NCBI GenBank assembly: GCA_009929265.1
Contig: SAAU01000002.1
Span: 14,668 to 78,667, forward strand
Reading direction: 5' to 3'
Source of the DNA: Alphaproteobacteria bacterium
GTDB taxonomy: Bacteria; Pseudomonadota; Alphaproteobacteria; CASFRQ01; SAAU01
Length of the DNA stretch: 64,000 bases
Within the stretch, counting starts at the first letter, position 1. Each line of letters begins with the position of its first letter. This document shows, piece by piece, positions 45,810-54,456 of the stretch. Below the pieces are notes generated by a model that was not told the origin of the DNA, did not search any database, and saw only the letters and a program-made list of their open reading frames with translations. Both the position numbers and the translations under genes were made by a program.

Positions 45810-47660
45810 CTATTCTCCACAAAGTGCTTTTAAATCCCCATCAAAAACACCCGTATCAGGCCAGTATTTTGCACGATAAAATCCTTTATTGGCATCAATT
45901 CCCCCTTTGATACAGTCTTTTTCAAGAATATTTAACTTATCCTTTAAGATGTCTTCAGATTTATCATCAACATAAGTTAAAAGTTCTTTTGAAGCTATTG
46001 CTTGCTTAAGTTCTTTTTTATATTCATTTTTCGGTTGAAGAGATAAAGACAAAACCCCGTCTTCGTCCCCAATAAGTTCATAAACAACTTTATTTAAGTT
46101 AATCCCTTTTGAAAGAACACTGTCATCAAGCTGATCTAAAATCCCTCTTGCCTCAGAAATCAATTCTTTTTTTCTGGCCTTAATTTGCGTCACTAAAGAT
46201 TCTAATTGGGCTTTATCTAAAAAGCTTATCTTTGAAGAAATTGTCAAGCCAACTTTTGCAGCGCGTTCAACAAAATTATCTCGCTCTGCTTCAAAAATAG
46301 CTTTCTTTTCCTCTTTTGCATTATAAGAAAGGCACGCTTGGAATTTCAAATCCAAATAACTTGAAATCCGATTAACCGCTTCAATCCCATTCTTATCTGA
46401 AGAAGAAACCTTATCCCCTAAATCTCTAAAAAATTCACTTCCATTTGTGGAATCTTGACGATAAGAGGCGTCTTCATTTGAAGCTAATCTTTCTTTCAAA
46501 ACTTCCCAAGGCATTGGCAATTCAGAATGAACAACCGTATCGGTTCCCCAATCTTCTTTTTGAATATAAGCCTTTTTATAGGCATCTTTATCTTGAATTT
46601 GAAGATAGAAAATTTCCTTATACGGTGGAAGAGGGAGATAATATGCCCCGCTTGCCCCTTCTTCTGCTTGAAGAGATTTTCCTAAAAGAGATTCTTTAAA
46701 CACAGAACTCGTCGTGGCCAATTTTGGACGCTTTGGCGGGTTAATCAATTCTCCTTCATACGGAAGAGGCACCCCCGTTATCCCTGTTAAGGCGGTCAAA
46801 TAACTCGTATAGGCCGATTTAATCTTAGAGGGATGAAGGTAATCTTTATCTCTATCTGAGAAAAGAGAATTTTCAAGCTCTTGCATTTTTGCCTTTAAAG
46901 AAGAGATCTTATCGGCAAGCCATCCTGCTTTTAAGGTCGCATTTAAGTAATATTCACGCACTTTTTCCATATGCGGATTCCAAACAAGCTTGTCATAAAG
47001 ATACTTTTCATCTTCCCAAAGCGGAAATTCCGGAATGCCTCTTTTTGTGCCATATTTTTTTGGATTTGCATATAAATCAACTAAAATATCCCGACCAATT
47101 TCCCACTTTAAGAAGTCGTCATTTCCTTCTTGTCCATTCAAATCTTTAAGAGAGTATTCTTTCTGATTTGAAACGGTCTTGCTGGCTTTTTTTCCTAAAT
47201 TTACCCCTTGTTTATAGCTTTCTTTTGTCATAGAAGCATTTAGATTTGAAATACTTTGTTCTTCCCCTTGAGAAATTTCATATCCCAAAGAAGAATCTAA
47301 TTCATCTGCTTTTTGAGTCAAACGCCCCCAAACAACATCTGGGTTTTCAAAAGAAGCATTTAATCGATTTACATTGCATTGAAAATGATCTGAATAGCGC
47401 CGATAATCCACAGCAGAAACTTCAACAGCATCTTTATATCTTTGCTCTATCCGTTTTAAATCTGAAAGCTCTTTTAAGAAATTATGGGCCGTTAACGCAT
47501 CTGATAAAACATCAATAGCCTGCGCTCTTTTCAAAGAACTTGTATCCACTTGCTTTGTTTCCGAAACAACAGGTTGCATCTTAACAATAGCGGAAAATCC
47601 CTCCTCTAGAGGAAAGAAAAATAATCCCGCAAGCAAGGCCATATAAGATACATATTTCAT
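45810..47660 (-). CDS. Secreted hypothetical protein, 616 aa (signal peptide, largely alpha-helical/charged)
   Basis: The signal peptide reads MKYVSYMALLAGLFFFPLEEGFSA. It is the first gene downstream in a five-gene co-directional cluster. Confidence 0.45.
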   Translation of the reverse strand: MKYVSYMALLAGLFFFPLEEGFSAIVKMQPVVSETKQVDTSSLKRAQAIDVLSDALTAHNFLKELSDLKRIEQRYKDAVEVSAVDYRRYSDHFQCNVNRLNASFENPDVVWGRLTQKADELDSSLGYEISQGEEQSISNLNASMTKESYKQGVNLGKKASKTVSNQKEYSLKDLNGQEGNDDFLKWEIGRDILVDLYANPKKYGTKRGIPEFPLWEDEKYLYDKLVWNPHMEKVREYYLNATLKAGWLADKISSLKAKMQELENSLFSDRDKDYLHPSKIKSAYTSYLTALTGITGVPLPYEGELINPPKRPKLATTSSVFKESLLGKSLQAEEGASGAYYLPLPPYKEIFYLQIQDKDAYKKAYIQKEDWGTDTVVHSELPMPWEVLKERLASNEDASYRQDSTNGSEFFRDLGDKVSSSDKNGIEAVNRISSYLDLKFQACLSYNAKEEKKAIFEAERDNFVERAAKVGLTISSKISFLDKAQLESLVTQIKARKKELISEARGILDQLDDSVLSKGINLNKVVYELIGDEDGVLSLSLQPKNEYKKELKQAIASKELLTYVDDKSEDILKDKLNILEKDCIKGGIDANKGFYRAKYWPDTGVFDGDLKALCGE

Positions 47661-47662
47661 TT

Positions 47663-48772
47663 TTATTCTCCCTCTGTCGTCGATAAAATAGGTTGAGGCA
47701 ACGTTTCTAATGTTTTGATATTTTGAATAGCTAACATTTGAAGACGAAGCGAAGCAATCTCTTGAACCACTAAAAGCATTTCATTGTAAAGCTCTTTGGC
47801 TTCATAGTTTATCCGAAAAGCTTTATCCTTATCTGTATCTTTAGCAGCTTTTTTGCGTAATTTGTCCATAGATTTTGTTAATCTCTCTAATCTGCTTTTT
47901 AAGAAAAGCATTTTAGCACCCATATCAATCATATTGTCTTGGACAAATTTTGTTTTCACATCCGCAACTTGACGAGCTGCAACAGAATCTTTAGGTTGAG
48001 CCACCAAAACATTTTCTTCAACGGCTTTAGAAACTTTCGCGGCATCTGATTTTTCCTCATCAGAGACAACTTTTGATGTTGAGGCAGAAGGATCTTCAAC
48101 CGCCTTATCAGGAGAGTCGACTGAAAAATCTTCCAAATTTCCTTCCCCATGGGCTTCTTTAATTTTTTCTGTCTTTTTCTTAGCCATCGTTTCTTTTAGG
48201 GATTTTGTGTTATCCCCTATGGTTTCTACCGTCTCTAAAACGTTATTCACCGCATCGTATGTTGAAACAGTCATATATAAATATTTAATTAACTTTGCAA
48301 ACCACCCATCAACCGTATCAAAAGCAAGATATAAAGAATCTAAAAAGCTTTTTTTATCTTCTTGCTCACTAGAAGAAATAGAAAGACGTTGTGTTGCAAA
48401 CCCTCTTGAGGAGACATCAGAATCTGAAAAAACATTATAACTTTTCACTTCTGAAGAAGGATCTAAAGAAGCAGAATCAAGATAGCGATCAATATCGCTT
48501 TTAAGCTCTGCGTCAGAGGTGTATTTTTCTTTTAAAGACCCATCTGAAGAAGTTGTCCTTGCCACAGGTTGTGTTGTGGTCGGCGTTGTTGTGCTTGTTT
48601 TTGAGGCACTTTCTGTTGATGTGTCTGTTTTATCTTGCGCCTCAAGAGTTGTTTTAGAAACCCCAACTCCAGAAATAAAATCTTCAAAATCTTGATTAGA
48701 AACCCCTTGAGCAAACGAAACAAGAGTATAGGAAAAAAACAATGTCGTTAAAAGTATTTTTTTGCCTTTCAT
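47663..48772 (-). CDS. Secreted Thr-rich/coiled-coil protein, 369 aa
   Basis: A signal peptide precedes a TSTTTPTTTQP linker. The C-terminal heptad-like region LRLQMLAIQNIKTL resembles the C-terminus of the 255-aa VirB5-like protein. Confidence 0.45.
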   Translation of the reverse strand: MKGKKILLTTLFFSYTLVSFAQGVSNQDFEDFISGVGVSKTTLEAQDKTDTSTESASKTSTTTPTTTQPVARTTSSDGSLKEKYTSDAELKSDIDRYLDSASLDPSSEVKSYNVFSDSDVSSRGFATQRLSISSSEQEDKKSFLDSLYLAFDTVDGWFAKLIKYLYMTVSTYDAVNNVLETVETIGDNTKSLKETMAKKKTEKIKEAHGEGNLEDFSVDSPDKAVEDPSASTSKVVSDEEKSDAAKVSKAVEENVLVAQPKDSVAARQVADVKTKFVQDNMIDMGAKMLFLKSRLERLTKSMDKLRKKAAKDTDKDKAFRINYEAKELYNEMLLVVQEIASLRLQMLAIQNIKTLETLPQPILSTTEGE

Positions 48773-48774
48773 TT

Positions 48775-49479
48775 TTATTCTCCTTCTTTTGTCGTTTCTT
48801 GAGGTTCAATGTAATAAACTTCCTGATATTTTAATTCTTTGGCAAAATCTAACTCTAATAAAGCTAAGCGAAGTTGTATTTGTGGAATTGTTTCACTCAT
48901 CAATAAGAAGATAGCCGCTGTATTATTAGAAACATCATCTCTTAAATCTGTCGCAGAGGAAATGTTTTGGATAAGGGCTTCTTCTTTTTCCTTAAAACTA
49001 CTATCCATCTCTGCTTCGTAACTATCTATATACGCTTTTGTCCTTGACAAAACTTCTAACTGATAGGTCCCTCGGTGGGCTAAAACGGCTTTATATTTTT
49101 TACTTGAGGAACGAGCCTTTATTTGAAGAGGGTAGTAAAACGTTTCTTTTATATACTTTTGCGCATTTTTAACCGATTTGAAGGGTTTTCCATAAAGCTT
49201 CTCTGTATTTTTTGTCGTTGGGACATATTTCATTCCCGTATCTTTTTCAATTGCCTCATCAATACGTTCTTGTGTTTTTCCAAATTGACCAATTGACTTT
49301 AATTTTTGGTCTAAATCCGAATTTTTTGAAATTTTCCCATAATTTTCAGAAAGCTGATTGAGAAGATCTTCTGAATTTTGAACAAGATTTAAAGGATCTA
49401 TGTTCAAAAAAGCTTGAGCATTTTTGACACAAAGAAGGGAAAAAATCATTCCAAAGAAAAGTGCATATCTTTTTTTCAT
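48775..49479 (-). CDS. Secreted alpha-helical protein, possible VirB5/TrbJ-like, 234 aa
   Basis: A signal peptide is followed by the start of the mature protein, FLNIDPLNLVQNSEDLLNQL. Confidence 0.4.
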   Translation of the reverse strand: MKKRYALFFGMIFSLLCVKNAQAFLNIDPLNLVQNSEDLLNQLSENYGKISKNSDLDQKLKSIGQFGKTQERIDEAIEKDTGMKYVPTTKNTEKLYGKPFKSVKNAQKYIKETFYYPLQIKARSSSKKYKAVLAHRGTYQLEVLSRTKAYIDSYEAEMDSSFKEKEEALIQNISSATDLRDDVSNNTAAIFLLMSETIPQIQLRLALLELDFAKELKYQEVYYIEPQETTKEGE

Positions 49480-49490
49480 TACTTTCTCCT

Positions 49491-50159
49491 TTAAAGCTCA
49501 ATTTCTTTTGTCACAGAATCTTCTTTTTTTGGACTAAGAGCTCCCATAGCGCGAACCCCCTTTAAATCAGTCCACATCAAATCCAAATAATTAATCAATA
49601 TCCATCGTTCTGTAATCTGGGCGCCAAGTTCGTTGATATAGGTTTGAACTTGTCTTGTATCTTTTGATTTCTTGACTTGTTTTGTTCTTTTCTTCGATTC
49701 TTCTTCTGATTTTTCTAAAGAAGATAAAGACGCCATCGAAATACTATATGCGTTGGTTGAAACAGCGGCTAAAAGTTCTTTTTGCTTTTTTTGATTTTCT
49801 AAAACTTTTTGAGTGTTTTCTGTTTGTGGGCGCAAAGTTTCTTCAGCAACCTTTTGAATGTCCTCAGTTTTACCTGTTTCAACAGCTTTAGAAATCTCTT
49901 CACTCGAAACAGTAGGGATTTCTTTTGAAGTTGGAATATTCACTTCATTTGTAAAAGATTCTTTAGGACCCACTTGCCCTTCTTTTTCAAGAATTTCTTC
50001 ATCAAGAGCAGTGCCAGCCTTTTGTTGGATTTTCTCAACTTCCGAAAAAGATCCTTGAAGCTTTGTTAAAAACTCTGATATCACACTAAAGGCATATCCT
50101 TTTACAGGGAAAAGGAGAAGTCCCGCAACGATACATAACGCGCTTACAAATTTTTTCAT
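49491..50159 (-). CDS. Secreted alpha-helical protein, 222 aa
   Basis: It has a signal peptide and coiled-coil-prone segments. Confidence 0.4.
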   Translation of the reverse strand: MKKFVSALCIVAGLLLFPVKGYAFSVISEFLTKLQGSFSEVEKIQQKAGTALDEEILEKEGQVGPKESFTNEVNIPTSKEIPTVSSEEISKAVETGKTEDIQKVAEETLRPQTENTQKVLENQKKQKELLAAVSTNAYSISMASLSSLEKSEEESKKRTKQVKKSKDTRQVQTYINELGAQITERWILINYLDLMWTDLKGVRAMGALSPKKEDSVTKEIEL

Positions 50160-50169
50160 TTTGTCCTCC

Positions 50170-50937
50170 TCAACCGCTTACGATACCTCTCATACTTTGA
50201 ATCAGCATCAATTCCAAAATTTTAAGCTGGATATAGTTGTTTTCTGATTGAATTTTTGCTTGATGAAGCATGATTTTCGAATTTGTTTGGATGTCTGTCA
50301 TCAAATCAACAGAATTTGAGATTTCATCCGAAAGATCGGCAACTTCTTCTGTTGTTTTTGCATTTTTTTGTTGAAGTTCTTTTGTTTCGGCATAAGTTTT
50401 AGAAACGGTTTCAACTTCCTCTTTTTCAATGGTTTCAACGCGTTCTTCACGTTCTTTTTTAGATTCGGAATCGCCCCCCGTTAAAGAGTCTTCAACCTTT
50501 TTTGCCTGTTCATTTAAAGAGGCGTTCACTTTATCTGTTGCCTCAGAAATCTTATCGTTCACGGCATCTGTAGCTTCAGAAACTTTATCATTTACAGCAT
50601 CTTTCAACGCTTCCCCAGAGGCAATCTTTTTACCATCTTTATAACTTTGTTTCAAAGAATCTGTATCTATTCCCAGATCGCCCCCTAAGCTTAAAGAATC
50701 GGTAATCGCTTTATCCCAATCGCCCGAATCGATTCTATCCCCGATCGCGACAAGTTGTTTTACATGTGTTTCATACTGAGAAACTTGAGCTCTTAAATCT
50801 TCCAAATCTTGGGTAGATTTTTTCAACTGTGCGGAAAAGGTAGGAACATCTGCCGTTGGAATTTGGGCTTTTGCCGAAAAGGCAACCCCAAACACAACCA
50901 TGAAGAAAACCCATCCCATTTTGAAGTATTTTTTCAT
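50170..50937 (-). CDS. VirB5/TrbJ-like secreted protein, 255 aa
   Basis: A signal peptide is followed by AQIPTADVPTFSAQL......SQYETHVKQL. This resembles the TrbJ/VirB5 N-terminal IPV.D...Q..QY.xQL pattern, recalled from memory. Coiled-coil segments are present. Confidence 0.45.
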   Translation of the reverse strand: MKKYFKMGWVFFMVVFGVAFSAKAQIPTADVPTFSAQLKKSTQDLEDLRAQVSQYETHVKQLVAIGDRIDSGDWDKAITDSLSLGGDLGIDTDSLKQSYKDGKKIASGEALKDAVNDKVSEATDAVNDKISEATDKVNASLNEQAKKVEDSLTGGDSESKKEREERVETIEKEEVETVSKTYAETKELQQKNAKTTEEVADLSDEISNSVDLMTDIQTNSKIMLHQAKIQSENNYIQLKILELMLIQSMRGIVSG

Positions 50938-50964
50938 TTGAACCCTCCTCTTTGAAAGTCTTTA

Positions 50965-51840
50965 TTATTCTTCTGTCTTTATTACATCAGATAAATGTGG
51001 CAAAAAAAAGGCAGCACATTCTAATGTATTTTGAAAAAGCATTGAAATTGTCATCGGGCCAACCCCCCCTGGCACAGGAGTGATATAAGAAACCTTTGGA
51101 AGAACTTCTTCAAAGACAACATCTCCCTGAAGTTTTCCGTCTTTTCCTCTGTTCATCCCCACATCAATAACAATCGCACCTTCTTTAACCATATCTGCCT
51201 TGATTAAATTTAATTGCCCGACAGCTGACACCAAAATATCGGCCTGTTTCGTTAAGGAGCCCAAATCCTTTGTATGAGAATGGGCTTGAATAACCGAACA
51301 ATTTTCCCTTAGAAGAATTTGAGCCATTGGGTTTCCTACAAGCAAAGAACGCCCCACAACGACAGCTACTTTTCCTTCAAGTGAAATCCCTGTGCTTTTT
51401 ATCATTTTTAAGCATCCTTTTGGGGTGCACGGCACAATTCCTTGATTTTTCAGCATCAATTTTCCCCGATTAACAGGATGAAGGCCATCTACATCTTTAA
51501 AAGGAGAGATATGAAATAAGATTTCCTCTGGCTTTAAATGCTTTGGTAAAGGAAGCTGCACAAGAATGCCGTCAATATTTTTATTTTCGTTAAGTTCTTC
51601 AATCAAAGAAATCAAAGTATTTGCACTTGTCGTGCCATCAAATTCAAAAAGCTCTGTTTTAATCCCCACCTCTAAAGCATATTTTTCTTTTGATCGAACA
51701 TAAAGATGACTGGCTTCATTATCCCCAACAAGAATAACAGCCAAAGCAGGGGCGCGAGGAAGTTTTTCAACTTTTTCTTTTATTTTTTGTTTTTCTAAAG
51801 CAGCCAATTTACGACCACTTATAAGTTTATTTGTATCCAT
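50965..51840 (-). CDS. folD: Bifunctional methylenetetrahydrofolate dehydrogenase/cyclohydrolase
   Basis: Motifs include YVRSKEKYALEVGI, the Rossmann stretch VVGRSLLVGNPMAQ, and PGGVGPMT. Confidence 0.9.
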   Translation of the reverse strand: MDTNKLISGRKLAALEKQKIKEKVEKLPRAPALAVILVGDNEASHLYVRSKEKYALEVGIKTELFEFDGTTSANTLISLIEELNENKNIDGILVQLPLPKHLKPEEILFHISPFKDVDGLHPVNRGKLMLKNQGIVPCTPKGCLKMIKSTGISLEGKVAVVVGRSLLVGNPMAQILLRENCSVIQAHSHTKDLGSLTKQADILVSAVGQLNLIKADMVKEGAIVIDVGMNRGKDGKLQGDVVFEEVLPKVSYITPVPGGVGPMTISMLFQNTLECAAFFLPHLSDVIKTEE

Positions 51841-52178
51841 TTAATAACCTCTTTTTTTAAGATAAGGGTATCTCCTAAAATTTGAACAATTTTATGCCTA
51901 GATGTTTGTCCAGAAAGAAGAGAAATTCTAGTTTTGGGTATTTTGAGCTCTCGAGCTAAAAAAGTCAAGAGTTCTCGATTAGCCTTTCCGTCTTCTGGAG
52001 CCTTTTGTCCTGAAATTTTAAGTTCTGTTTCATTCCAAATTCCGCTTAGTTTTTGCAAAGAAGCATGGGGTTGAAAAAAAACAGGAACTAAAAGCCCCTC
52101 TTTTGTTTCTTTTAAAAAAGAAAAATCGAACCTTTTTGATTCATCTAACATTTTTAAAGTTGAATGAGAAGATGCCAT
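51819..52178 (-). CDS. yggU: DUF167/YggU-family protein
   Basis: It carries ...GKANRELLTFLARELKIPKTRISLLSGQTSRHKIV. It is adjacent to yggT. Confidence 0.5.
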   Translation of the reverse strand: MASSHSTLKMLDESKRFDFSFLKETKEGLLVPVFFQPHASLQKLSGIWNETELKISGQKAPEDGKANRELLTFLARELKIPKTRISLLSGQTSRHKIVQILGDTLILKKEVIKWIQINL

Positions 52179-52465
52179 AAACTTCCTCGAATAAAGTCAA
52201 CTAAAAACCAAAGAACTAAAGGGGTAAAATCAATCCCCCCAACAGGAGGAATTACCCGATGAATTTGACGATAAATAGGTCCTAAAAGCATTTCGAAGGC
52301 ATCATAAATGGATTGCACAAAAGGCGATTTTAAAGACACGACATTTAAAACCACTAACCAGTTAAAAACAACCTGCAAAACAATTAACATTGATAACAAA
52401 GAACATAGTCCAATCGCTCCTTTTAAGATAAAAATCATTTTATTCTTCCCTTTTATTTTTAACAA
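52154..52465 (-). CDS. yggT: YggT-family small membrane protein
   Basis: Two TM helices are present with the motif PPVGGIDFTPLVLWFL. Confidence 0.5.
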   Translation of the reverse strand: MLKIKGKNKMIFILKGAIGLCSLLSMLIVLQVVFNWLVVLNVVSLKSPFVQSIYDAFEMLLGPIYRQIHRVIPPVGGIDFTPLVLWFLVDFIRGSLWHLLIQL

Positions 52466-53273
52466 ACAGAGCTAATTTACAAAAATCTTCAACAGAAACA
52501 TCCTGAGGACGTATCTTGGTCAAAAGCCCTAACTCTTCCTCTACCTCTTCAACTGAGACAATCTTTTTCAAAGTGTTTCGAAGCATTTTGCGTCTTTGAT
52601 TAAACGTTTCTTTTGTTATTTTATCTAATGAGTCAAAATCACATGGAAAAGGATGAGACAAAGGCTTCAAAAGAACAACACTTGAATATACTTTTGGAGG
52701 AGGCGAAAAAGCCTCTGGTCTTAAAACCAATTTTTCTTCAAGTAAGCAGAGCCACTGTGTCACAACAGAAAGCCGTCCATAGTCATGAGAGGAGCATTCT
52801 GCTTTAAGCTTATCTGCCACCTCTTTTTGAAACATGAGCGTCATTCCTGAAAAAAGATGAATTTTTTTCAGCCATTTAATCAAAAGCACAGTTGAAATAT
52901 TATACGGCAAATTCGAGACAATCCCAATTTTTTGAAGGTCTTGTTCTTTAAGAAACGCCCCTTCATCAAATGTCAAAGCATCCCCTTCTAAAATAACAAG
53001 GCGTTTTGGATATTCTTCTTGAAGCTCCTTTAACGCACGCACACATCTTTCATCTTTTTCTATGGCGTAAACTGTGGCCCCTTGCTCAAGCAAAGCCTGC
53101 GTTAATCCGCCAGGACCTGGCCCTATTTCCAAAATATTTTTATCTGGAAAATTAGATAAGGCAACCTCTGCGATGCGATGAAGCAAATTCTTATCTAAAA
53201 TAAAATTTTGCCCCAAAGATTTTTTCGCATTCAGCTCATATCTTGTAAGTATTTCTTTAAGTTCGTATGTCAT
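52440..53273 (-). CDS. rsmA: 16S rRNA (adenine1518/1519-N6)-dimethyltransferase
   Basis: It carries SLGQNFILDKNLLHRIAE and a SAM-binding site EIGPGPGGLT. Confidence 0.9.
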   Translation of the reverse strand: MTYELKEILTRYELNAKKSLGQNFILDKNLLHRIAEVALSNFPDKNILEIGPGPGGLTQALLEQGATVYAIEKDERCVRALKELQEEYPKRLVILEGDALTFDEGAFLKEQDLQKIGIVSNLPYNISTVLLIKWLKKIHLFSGMTLMFQKEVADKLKAECSSHDYGRLSVVTQWLCLLEEKLVLRPEAFSPPPKVYSSVVLLKPLSHPFPCDFDSLDKITKETFNQRRKMLRNTLKKIVSVEEVEEELGLLTKIRPQDVSVEDFCKLALFVKNKREE

Positions 53274-54454
53274 TTGACCTCAATTATAGCAGAACGCTTA
53301 ATTTCATCCATTAAATAATCTGAAAAATCTTTCATTTTTTCTTCTTTTATCATTCTTTCAATTTGAGAATCAGGCGGGAGGAGTTCTTTTTCAATATCCT
53401 GACATCTCATAAAAAAGAGAGAAGACTTCCCCATCGGAAAAGGGCCTATAAAGCGATTCTTTTTTTCCGATTGAATAAGGTGGCGTGTCTTTTCTGGAAA
53501 ACGAGAAGGCACGGTCACATTTTGTGAATAGATCCAAGATTTTTTACCAATTTCCTTGACCTTTTTTTGAAGGGATGGGCAGGACTCTTCCTTATACAAT
53601 AAATCAATTGCCTTATCTTCCTGCTCTTTAGGAAGAAGAAGTTGAGCCATATCCCACAGCGTCATTGTTTCTTTTTTCGTGCCCTCTCTTTTTTCAATTA
53701 AAAGCAAAAGCATATATCCTTTTTTCACCCAAAAAGGAGAGGAAACTTGCCCAATATCCATTTTTTCAAGACGCAAAAGAACTTCTTTTGAAAGTGTATC
53801 TTCTTTTTGCCAATTCAACGAAACAAATTCCAATCCTTTTGTGACGTTTTCAAAGCGTTCCCCTTTTTGAAGCCGAGATAAAAGGCTCAGCGCTTTTTCT
53901 TTAACAGCTTCTTTGGATTGATTTTTCAAAACAGGAAGATAGACTTTTCCAATGAAATAAGCTGTTTTTTGAAGGTCTGCTTTTAAAGCTTTTTTCTTAG
54001 CGGCAACCTCTTCTTTAGAAACTGAAACTCTTGAATTTTCTTTTTGATTTTCCAAAATTTTCCACCATAAAACATTAGATTCAATCACTTTTAGCAAATC
54101 TTTTTTATCAATTCCCTTTTGACTTAATTCTTTTAAAAAATCTTTTTCTGTCTTTCCGCTTTGAAGCACAGGGCCTAAAAAATTTTGTTCAACTTCTTTT
54201 TTTGAAACCGAAATTTTTTCTTTTTTTGCATATTGTGTTTTTAGCTTTCCTTCAATTAAATTTTCCAACGCTTTTTGAGTCAGCTCTTTTCCCTTCAAAC
54301 TGGGATTGATAAAATTTAACGTTTTTTTGCGAACGGAAAGATCAAAAGAAGAAATAATCTCATCATTAACTTTTGCTTTAATTTCTTGTGCAAACAAAGG
54401 AGAGGTGTATAAAACCAACCCTATCATCAGAAAAAATACTTTTTTAAAGGTCAT
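53270..54454 (-). CDS. surA: Periplasmic chaperone/PPIase SurA-like
   Basis: It has a signal peptide. It lies between lptD and ksgA. The C-terminal parvulin-like region is weakly matched. Confidence 0.5.
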   Translation of the reverse strand: MTFKKVFFLMIGLVLYTSPLFAQEIKAKVNDEIISSFDLSVRKKTLNFINPSLKGKELTQKALENLIEGKLKTQYAKKEKISVSKKEVEQNFLGPVLQSGKTEKDFLKELSQKGIDKKDLLKVIESNVLWWKILENQKENSRVSVSKEEVAAKKKALKADLQKTAYFIGKVYLPVLKNQSKEAVKEKALSLLSRLQKGERFENVTKGLEFVSLNWQKEDTLSKEVLLRLEKMDIGQVSSPFWVKKGYMLLLLIEKREGTKKETMTLWDMAQLLLPKEQEDKAIDLLYKEESCPSLQKKVKEIGKKSWIYSQNVTVPSRFPEKTRHLIQSEKKNRFIGPFPMGKSSLFFMRCQDIEKELLPPDSQIERMIKEEKMKDFSDYLMDEIKRSAIIEVK

Positions 54455-54456
54455 TT

